Below, piece by piece: positions 9,812 to 17,252 of a DNA stretch of 64,000 bases. A model generated the notes under the pieces. It had not been told where the DNA came from. It did no database searches and worked only from the letters and a program-made list of their open reading frames with translations. Source of the DNA: Candidatus Poribacteria bacterium. GTDB taxonomy: Bacteria; Poribacteria; WGA-4E; WGA-3G. The translations under genes were made by a program, and so were the position numbers. The stretch's first letter is position 1. Each line of letters starts with the position of its first letter. The stretch covers positions 672,001 to 736,000 of the forward strand of contig OZ219753.1 in the NCBI GenBank assembly GCA_964291315.2, in the 5' to 3' direction.

Positions 9812-10516
9812 TTATGATGAAGCAGCGGTTTCTCGAATCCGCCTCTGGATGCCTGCGACAAGTGTTTGCAATGCAACGTTGTTTTCATGTTGGAATGGGA
9901 TAATCAAATCAGCGTACTGTTTGCCAGGTTCCGTATAGACAGGAAAATTGGGCAAGACATCGCGTCGGTACCAATTAATACACCATTCCAAATCGCCGCC
10001 ACGTTGTGCAACATCGCGGAGCATCCGGCGCAAGACCCGCTCGTGGGCATCTACATCAAGGAACAATTTGATGTCCATTAACTTTCTCAAATCTGCACTC
10101 CAAAAAATAAGATGTCCTTCTACGATAAGGACATCGCTAGGTTGAATACTCGTTTTTTCGTCGCCACGTTGTGCTGCCCGGGTGCCAGGTGTTGGTATTT
10201 CAATAGTGCCACGCTTGCGAAGTTTTTTGATATCTTTGATGAGGGCATCCCATAAGACAGCATTTGGATGATTAGCCGTAATTACGTGTTCCCGTTCGGC
10301 TTCTGAGTATTCGGACCAGTTACGGAAATACGAGTCTTGGTTCAGCACGACAGGCATGAATTCCTCAAGCGCTGCTGCCAAAGCACGGGCGAACGTTGTT
10401 TTTCCGGAAGCGGATCCGCCCATAATTCCGATAGTGATTGGAGTAAATTTTTCTTCTCTTTTCATAACGTTCCTTACATTTTTGCTTTTTTCGTATTTTA
10501 GCACACCTTGCTCCAT
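9812..10516 (-). CDS. udk: Uridine kinase-family P-loop kinase
   Basis: IGIMGGSASGKTT, QDSYFR, VLIVEG, RRMLRDVAQRG, KQYADLIIP; true start may be MKREEK near 10465. Confidence 0.8.
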   Translation of the reverse strand: MEQGVLKYEKSKNVRNVMKREEKFTPITIGIMGGSASGKTTFARALAAALEEFMPVVLNQDSYFRNWSEYSEAEREHVITANHPNAVLWDALIKDIKKLRKRGTIEIPTPGTRAAQRGDEKTSIQPSDVLIVEGHLIFWSADLRKLMDIKLFLDVDAHERVLRRMLRDVAQRGGDLEWCINWYRRDVLPNFPVYTEPGKQYADLIIPFQHENNVALQTLVAGIQRRIRETAASS

Positions 10517-10546
10517 GGGTCAATGCTATTTTGTGCAAAAAGAAAT

Positions 10547-10580
10547 TTGACTTGCATTAAAAAGTGTGTTATTATATAAT
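10547..10580 (+). promoter_or_regulatory. Overlapping sigma-70-type promoters for the aroF leader
   Basis: TTGACT-N17-TATTAT and TTGCAT-N17-TATAAT. Confidence 0.55.
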
Positions 10581-10888
10581 AGATATAGTTATTTTAATGG
10601 CAATCAGAGTGTGCATCTTTTAAAAGTGCAATGCCTTACGAAAAATATAAACGCTTTTTCGTATGTAGCGTCCTAACCTATAGGAACATCTGCGTTAATG
10701 GCACAATTCACTTTTGAAGTTTGGGGTAGATCATGATACTAAATAGGCACTTGAAAATGCAAACGCTTCAAGACAATACGGTTACTGCACCAATATCTTG
10801 TCTACGGATTGATCCTGATCCTTCAGTCAATGTCCCTCTGTATATATGGGCTGCTTTTACACCTTTTGTGCAACTTAAAGGCGAAAAT

Positions 10889-10960
10889 TTGTTGTTAAAC
10901 GCCGCACTTGAGTTCTATGTGTATCTGTACCTTTATTTTTACAGCTACGCTAGGTGGTGA
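10889..10960 (+). CDS. Aromatic amino acid attenuator leader peptide (MLLNAALEFYVYLYLYFYSYARW)
   Basis: 6 Tyr, 2 Phe and 1 Trp in the last 15 codons; AAAGG upstream of a TTG start; precedes an antiterminator/terminator and the DAHP synthase gene. Confidence 0.8.
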   Translation: MLLNAALEFYVYLYLYFYSYARW

Positions 10961-11003
10961 AGCTTCGTAAGTAATGCTATTTTTAACCGGTTCTATTATC
11001 ACC

Positions 11004-11046
11004 ACCCAGCGTTGAAGAAAAATTCGATGTTGGGTAATTTTTTTTT
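11004..11046 (+). terminator. Attenuator terminator upstream of aroF
   Basis: ACCCAGCGTTGAA-GAAAAA-TTCGATGTTGGGT stem with GU pairs followed by 9 T; the 5' arm can alternatively pair with 10947-10960. Confidence 0.8.
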
Positions 11047-11157
11047 AACCAAATTTAATTTCCGACAGATAAAATTATTCTTCGGTGCGGCTTACGACAC
11101 CGGGGCCCCATCTGTTGCTGGAAAGGGTCTCAATTTTTTATGAAAAGGCGGAGGTAG

Positions 11158-12183
11158 TTGAAGAGCATGGTAATCGTGACGAAGACCGATGCAACACGGG
11201 CAGATATCGATGCGGTTGTTAAACGGATTGAGGGAGTTGGATTGAAAGCACAAGTTTCAACGGGCGAACGACACACAGTGATCGGGGTGATAGGAGACAA
11301 AACTTTGCTTGGTGACATCCCTATAGAGTCAATGTCGGGTGTCGAGCGAACGATGGCGATCACTGCGCCATTCAAGTTAGCGAGTCGCGAGTTTCGAGAT
11401 GAACCGACAGTTATCGCTGTCAACGGCACGAAGATTGGTGGGCGGCATGTCCCTGTCATCGCGGGTCCATGTGCTGTAGAAAGTACTGATCAGATCGTGA
11501 CGATCGCCAGACAGGTTCAAAAAGCAGGAGCGAGCTTCATCAGGGGCGGTGCTTTTAAGCCCAGAACGGGTCCCTACAGTTTCCAAGGCTATGGCGAGGA
11601 AGCACTCAAAATGCTAAACGCTGCGAAAGATGAAACAGGACTCAGTATTGTCACAGAAGTTATGACTCCACACGAAGTCGAACTCGTCGGGGAATATACA
11701 GACATGTTCCAACTCGGCACGCGGAACATGACAAATTTCTACCTATTACGGGAAGTTGGACAGGTAGAGAAACCTGTTATTCTCAAGCGCGGGATGTCCG
11801 CAACAATTGAAGAATGGTTACTTGCTGCTGAATATATCCTTTCTGAAGGCAACCCGAATGTCATTCTCTGTGAGCGTGGGATTCGGACTTTTGAAACACA
11901 TACCCGTAACACCCTTGATTTGAACGCAGTGCCTATTATCCATGAATTGAGTCATCTACCTATTATTGTCGATCCAAGTCATGGAACCGGCATCCGGAGT
12001 TTGGTGTGTGATATGACAAAAGCATCTGTAGCTGCTGGTGCGGACGGTCTCTTACTTGAGGTGCATAACGATCCAGACCATTCGATGACGGGAGACGGGG
12101 CACAGTCCCTATTTCCGTATCAGTTTGAAACACTGATGCAGGAACTGAAACCGATTGCTATCGCTGTCGGTCGCGAAATCTAA
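11158..12183 (+). CDS. aroF: DAHP synthase, class I-beta, with N-terminal regulatory (ferredoxin-like/ACT) domain
   Basis: IAGPCAVES, RGGAFKPRTGPYSFQG, ILCERGIRTFE, DPSHGTG; GGAGG RBS. Confidence 0.95.
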   Translation: MKSMVIVTKTDATRADIDAVVKRIEGVGLKAQVSTGERHTVIGVIGDKTLLGDIPIESMSGVERTMAITAPFKLASREFRDEPTVIAVNGTKIGGRHVPVIAGPCAVESTDQIVTIARQVQKAGASFIRGGAFKPRTGPYSFQGYGEEALKMLNAAKDETGLSIVTEVMTPHEVELVGEYTDMFQLGTRNMTNFYLLREVGQVEKPVILKRGMSATIEEWLLAAEYILSEGNPNVILCERGIRTFETHTRNTLDLNAVPIIHELSHLPIIVDPSHGTGIRSLVCDMTKASVAAGADGLLLEVHNDPDHSMTGDGAQSLFPYQFETLMQELKPIAIAVGREI

Positions 12184-12333
12184 TCATCTTAAAAGCTATT
12201 AGTTATTGGCAATTAACCACAGAATATTGTAGTAGGAAAAGCGTTGAAAAAGGTTTCCACAGTGAACTACTGACTGTTGATAGCCGGTAATCGTTTAGAA
12301 AATATACACAACAAAATTTGGAGGAACACAGTC

Positions 12334-13887
12334 GTGGACGATTTTGAGCCCACTCAACAAAAAGTCTACATTTTTGATACAACTCTCCGCGATGCAGAAC
12401 AGACACCGGGGGCTGCTCTGGGTATTGAGGAAAAACTGGAGATTGCTAAGCATCTCGCTAGATTAAATGTTGATGTTATTGAAGCTGGATTTCCGATTTC
12501 GTCCCCGGGGGATTTCGATGCCGTCGAGCGAATCGCCAACGAAGTGGAAGGTCCTGAAATTTGCGCGCTTTCTCGTGTTGTGGAGAAAGACATCACAGCA
12601 GCGTGGAAGGCGATTGCGGATGCACCACGGGCCCGTATTCATACGTTTGTGGGAACATCACCGATCCACATGGAGCGTATTACGCGCACAACGCCTGCTG
12701 ATACACTCAGAATGGCAACCGATGCAGTTGGCTACGCGAAAAGTTTATGTCAAGACCACCCCGATGCTAGCGTCGAGTTTTCACCTATGGACGCGGGGCG
12801 GACAGAACTTCCTTTCCTTTACGAAGTGGTTGAAGGGACCATCGCTGCAGGCGCTACTGTCATCAACATCCCAGAAACTGTTGGGTGGACAGTACCGACG
12901 GAATTTGGAGAATTGATTAAAGGCATTGTGGAGAATGTACCTAATGTTAACGATGCTATCATTAGTGTACACTGCCACAACGACCTAGGATTAGCTGTTG
13001 CTAACAGTCTCATGGCAATTGAGCAAGGTGCAAGGCAGGTGGAATGCACAATCAACGGTCTTGGAGAGCGTGCGGGAAACACCTCGCTAGAAGAAGTTGT
13101 GATGGCAATCCGAACACGGCGTGATTACTTCAAAGAATATTATACAGAGATTAACGCTAAGGAAATCGTCCCGATTAGCCGGCGTGTCAGTCGAACGATG
13201 GGCATTATTGTTCAGCCGAATAAGGCAATCGTTGGTGCTAACGCCTTCGCTCATAGTTCCGGTATCCATCAAGATGGCATCATCAAATCGCGCGTAACTT
13301 TTGAGATCATTGATCCAAAAGAAATTGGATGGAAGGAGAGCCAACTTATCCTCAGTCCTCGTTCTGGACGCAATGCCCTCAGGCACCGTCTCCACGAGCT
13401 CGGTTACGAGGTGAGTCTAGAAGAGTTAGACAAAGTTTATGAACGATTCCTCAGCGTTGCAGACAAGAAAAAATCGGTACAGGATGCTGACCTTGAAGCG
13501 ATTATGAGTGATGAAATTCGCCCGATTCCCTCTGTCTTTGAACTTGACTATATTCAGGTCGTCAGCGGAACGAAAATCTCACCAACAACAACGGTGGGAA
13601 TTCAGACAGAAGATGGCATCGTTGAAATGGCATCAACAGGAGACGGACCTGTTGATGCTGCGTTCAAAGCAATCACCAAAATTGTTGACATTCAATTGCA
13701 CCTCATAGACTATCAAATCCGTTCTGTAACCGGCGGGGAAGACGCTATCGGTGAAGTCTCTTTAAAGGTGCAGGACAACGGAAACATTATCACTGGACAC
13801 GGTGCTAGCACCGACATCATAGAAGCGAGCGCACGCGCTTATATCCACGCTGTTAATAAGCTCATCCAGCTTCGGTCTGAAGGATGA
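12334..13887 (+). CDS. leuA: 2-isopropylmalate synthase
   Basis: IFDTTLRDAEQTPG, HCHNDLGLAVAN, GERAGN, GIHQDG, C-terminal regulatory domain GDGPVDA; GTG start after GGAGG. Confidence 0.95.
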   Translation: MDDFEPTQQKVYIFDTTLRDAEQTPGAALGIEEKLEIAKHLARLNVDVIEAGFPISSPGDFDAVERIANEVEGPEICALSRVVEKDITAAWKAIADAPRARIHTFVGTSPIHMERITRTTPADTLRMATDAVGYAKSLCQDHPDASVEFSPMDAGRTELPFLYEVVEGTIAAGATVINIPETVGWTVPTEFGELIKGIVENVPNVNDAIISVHCHNDLGLAVANSLMAIEQGARQVECTINGLGERAGNTSLEEVVMAIRTRRDYFKEYYTEINAKEIVPISRRVSRTMGIIVQPNKAIVGANAFAHSSGIHQDGIIKSRVTFEIIDPKEIGWKESQLILSPRSGRNALRHRLHELGYEVSLEELDKVYERFLSVADKKKSVQDADLEAIMSDEIRPIPSVFELDYIQVVSGTKISPTTTVGIQTEDGIVEMASTGDGPVDAAFKAITKIVDIQLHLIDYQIRSVTGGEDAIGEVSLKVQDNGNIITGHGASTDIIEASARAYIHAVNKLIQLRSEG

Positions 13888-14341
13888 CGAAACTAATATT
13901 AGCACATGGCCCCTGTCATTCCGGTTACCGGGGGCCAATGCAGCTCCTAAGCCTTTCGCTTTCTCACTGATAATCAAGTGCGGTTTAAACCCGTGGATCC
14001 TGTCCAGGAGAGGTTTTCGATCAGCCTCGATTTGCTGAAATTTTCTTGTTCTCGCAGCCCCGCAAATTTGAAAATTGTTATTGTTGCTCGTAAGTTTCTT
14101 CCGTTGACAGACCCAAATCAGCGTCTAACAACAACTCACTGCTAACACAATCGAACCTAAATTTAATCCGAGTTTTATAGTTAAACTCTCTTTCATTAGA
14201 AAGGTAAAGCGGGCAAGGACGTATTCCGGGGCATTCCGCTTTTGAGTCGGCAGCGTTCAAGTGTCAGCAGCATCAGTGAGGATGTGTGATATTTTGTGCC
14301 TACGGAAAGGAAAAGAGGCAAGGTAGCGGCTGCGGTTAAAA

Positions 14342-14379
14342 ACGTTGGGGGGTGGAACAGGCGTTCCACCCCCCAACGT
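14342..14379 (-). terminator. Strong intrinsic terminator after the surface-protein genes
   Basis: Perfect 17-bp stem ACGTTGGGGGGTGGAAC/GTTCCACCCCCCAACGT, 4-nt loop, T-run on the minus strand. Confidence 0.85.
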
Positions 14380-14431
14380 CTTATTAGTTGATTTGTAAGG
14401 TTAGCTTGTCTATTTCTAACCGCTGTGTCTG

Positions 14432-17164
14432 CTATTTGTCAGACGATTTGAGCTCTCCCCAACGGGTTGTGAGTTTGCCACTTGCAGAGACATCCCCACG
14501 CAGATGCGTCGTCCGTAACGTTGTGCGCACCCCGTCCATAGAGACGTCTTCTATCTGGTAGTAATAGACGGCGTTGGGTTTCGCAGTGGTATCTGTGTAG
14601 GTATAGACGTGCTTCTCGGAGGTCGTGCCGTGCCCCGCAATCAGACCCTCGGCGTTGATAGCCTTGAACTCGCCCGTCTTGCTCTCGCTGCGCAGGATAT
14701 TGAACCCGGCGTTGTTGAGCTCGGACTGCGTTACCCAGCTAATTTCAACGTGGCTTGTCGAGACGTTGCGCACCGGGCGGAAACTTGAGAGTGAGACGGG
14801 TAGCGGTCCGCCGAGACGGTAGCCGGGGGTGCCGATATCGCTCCGCTGCCCGTAGAAGGTGAGCGAGGCACCTGCCAGATCCGAGTGTCGCCAAGAGGCT
14901 TCCATCGTGCCGTCATCTGCATTGTGCGGTCCAGAACCCTCTGTCATGTCGTTGAACACACCCCCATAGACCCGCACAATAGAGGTACGCAGCTCACCGC
15001 TTCCGGGCAGATCCCACATCTTCGTGCGTGAAGTACCGTCTACCTCAAGGTTGCCGGCTGCGTCCATAAGCATCGGATCGCCACCGCTGACCTTCGCCCG
15101 CAGCTCCAAATAGAAACCTTCCGCATTCAGCAGCTGCCGACCAGATGTTGTCAACCTGAGATCGCTGCGGTGCTTCTCCAACAGGTTGTAGACATAGTTA
15201 TCCGCAACATCGTTCGCAGCACTGCTTGAGACGAGCAGCAGCGTCTGATTCGGCGGGATATACGCCCCTGCCTTAAAGGTGAGGTCCGCGTCGACATACA
15301 AGCCGCCTGCCTGGTTGCGGATATCTAACTCCCACCCCTCAAGGTTCACCGTATCCATCATAGAGCTGTTGTAGAGCTCTATCCACTGCACCAAGTTCGA
15401 GCGGGGACCCGCATCATACATAATCTCGCTGATGCTCACTTTGCCATCAAACGTGTAGTCGCCCTCGGAGACGTTGTTCACCGCCATGTTCGGATACCCC
15501 GGCGTGCCGGGGGAGGTCGCTGTGTCAAGAGATTTGTCTTTGCCGCGGTCGTAGCCAGTGCCGATGAACCCGAACGACTGCCAGTCGTCTTTGTGGACGC
15601 GGTTCGCACGAGACTTCGCGCCGTACATGCCCTGCGAATTGATCTGCACACCCCGACCGAACGACATACTTGTAGAGGCGAAGGTATTCATGCTACCGAA
15701 GTCCTCAACGTCTCCCGGGGACATCCATCCCACGAACGGCCAAACATCTGTATTGAACTTCCTATCTTCCATCCGTGTGAAGAAACCATTGCCCGCATAG
15801 TCTATGACATTATCCGCCGTTTTCAGCTTCTCTTTTGCGTTGCGTAGCAGGATCAGGAACTTGCCTTCAGCGGGAAGTTTTAGGGATTCCGCAACCACAT
15901 ACTTGTGCGAGGCACCCGTGTTGACATCCGATTCGTCCAAGAGGCTCTGAAGGTTCGTACCCCCAGCGAACTTAATACTTCGCCCCGGGTCTCGGTTGTA
16001 GACGACGACATACTCGCCCGGCTTCATACTATATTTTGGCAGCACCGCGAGGCTGGTGTCCGTGAAGTTGGCATCGCCCGACTCGTGATACCCGCTACCG
16101 TCTGTCATCATCTTGCCCATCACCAGGCTCAGCTGATAGTTTTCTATATTCACGGGGGCATCCGAGGCACTATCGCTATTATAGAGCAGCTCTATCCAGT
16201 CCAAGTTCTCATCTGAAGAGTCGTTTCGCACCTCGTTGATGATAATCCCGGTAGGTGAGATAGCCGCAGGTTTCATATCAAACTTGACGACAGAGGGACC
16301 GCCCACAGGCACGTGAACGCTGCCGGGGGAGCCGATATACTGACCGCTGATGTTAATCGAGCCGACTGAAGCCTCCCAGGAACCGGGTTCACTGCCGTCC
16401 CCGAGTCCCTTCAGTTTTCCGTTTTCATACGCATACGCCTTGCCTGTGGCATCCAGCTCTATCTTCCGATACATAGAGACCATGGGCATCGGAGCTATGC
16501 CCTTCTCTGTGTTGCCGTCGGTATCACCGTTGCTACCTTTCAGCTCCCAAAGTCTGCCAAAACGATCAATCGTTCTTACGCGATCCAGAATAACAAACTT
16601 GCGACCGTTCCGCTCATACATCTCACCCGCAGACTTAGTTGCAAGATCCGGCGGGGTTGTAGGTCCGATGATCCATATGGCACGATCTTTCTCTTTGAGA
16701 GGACTTTGGCTGTAGAATTCAATCCATTGCGGATTCTTTGCGGTCCCTGCTCTTGAAGGGGAATCTGTCCCCCACATTATTTCGGTCATAATGATAAGGT
16801 GTTTGAACTTCATCGCCTCGGCCGCTGTTATATCAGGTTTTAACGTATGCTCTTCGGGGTTAGTAAATTCAGCCTGTGTTGGCACTCTCATTGCGAAAAA
16901 AAACGAACCACCTGCTTGGATCCTATCCCGTAGGTTACTCCAAAATTGAGCGGGGTTTAGGATCCGCCCTTTTGCTGCGGGCAAGATGCCGTTATCCGCT
17001 TTCTCTCCAGATTTAGCATAGACAATAAACTTTTTGCCGGCTTTGAGTTCAGCATAGACTTCATCTGCGCCGGCAACCCTGGTCAGCTGCGCTGAAGCTT
17101 GCGGCATCGTGAAGAGACACACAAGCCCTAACACTACCAAAACTCTCATTTTATTCCATAACAT
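14432..17164 (-). CDS. Secreted lamin-tail-domain surface protein (paralogue 2)
   Basis: Signal peptide; repeated IIINEV...WIELxN LTD motifs; SPGTPG; LPVSLSSF Ig-like domain; C-terminal GKLTTRWGELK. Confidence 0.85.
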   Translation of the reverse strand: MLWNKMRVLVVLGLVCLFTMPQASAQLTRVAGADEVYAELKAGKKFIVYAKSGEKADNGILPAAKGRILNPAQFWSNLRDRIQAGGSFFFAMRVPTQAEFTNPEEHTLKPDITAAEAMKFKHLIIMTEIMWGTDSPSRAGTAKNPQWIEFYSQSPLKEKDRAIWIIGPTTPPDLATKSAGEMYERNGRKFVILDRVRTIDRFGRLWELKGSNGDTDGNTEKGIAPMPMVSMYRKIELDATGKAYAYENGKLKGLGDGSEPGSWEASVGSINISGQYIGSPGSVHVPVGGPSVVKFDMKPAAISPTGIIINEVRNDSSDENLDWIELLYNSDSASDAPVNIENYQLSLVMGKMMTDGSGYHESGDANFTDTSLAVLPKYSMKPGEYVVVYNRDPGRSIKFAGGTNLQSLLDESDVNTGASHKYVVAESLKLPAEGKFLILLRNAKEKLKTADNVIDYAGNGFFTRMEDRKFNTDVWPFVGWMSPGDVEDFGSMNTFASTSMSFGRGVQINSQGMYGAKSRANRVHKDDWQSFGFIGTGYDRGKDKSLDTATSPGTPGYPNMAVNNVSEGDYTFDGKVSISEIMYDAGPRSNLVQWIELYNSSMMDTVNLEGWELDIRNQAGGLYVDADLTFKAGAYIPPNQTLLLVSSSAANDVADNYVYNLLEKHRSDLRLTTSGRQLLNAEGFYLELRAKVSGGDPMLMDAAGNLEVDGTSRTKMWDLPGSGELRTSIVRVYGGVFNDMTEGSGPHNADDGTMEASWRHSDLAGASLTFYGQRSDIGTPGYRLGGPLPVSLSSFRPVRNVSTSHVEISWVTQSELNNAGFNILRSESKTGEFKAINAEGLIAGHGTTSEKHVYTYTDTTAKPNAVYYYQIEDVSMDGVRTTLRTTHLRGDVSASGKLTTRWGELKSSDK

Positions 17165-17191
17165 TACGTTTGTTCTCCTCTGTTATTGGTG

Positions 17192-17237
17192 ACGCAAGCT
17201 TGATACATATTTGCATGAATATGTATCAAGCTTGCGT
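17192..17237. repeat. Perfect 20-bp inverted repeat between the two paralogues
   Basis: ACGCAAGCTTGATACATATT-TGCATG-AATATGTATCAAGCTTGCGT; no U-tract on the minus strand. Confidence 0.85.
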
Positions 17238-17252
17238 TATATGTTGTGTCTG

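Noticed and set aside
10733-10888. 75-aa ORF as a normal protein
   Set aside because: Only the 3' 23 codons look meaningful (attenuator leader); the upstream part has no recognisable features.
13895-13975. SAM-I riboswitch-like words on the minus strand (TTATCA..GAG, CCCGGTAACC, GTGCTAA)
   Set aside because: The P2/kink-turn and P1 do not fit, and no downstream gene lies in that orientation because leuA is convergent.
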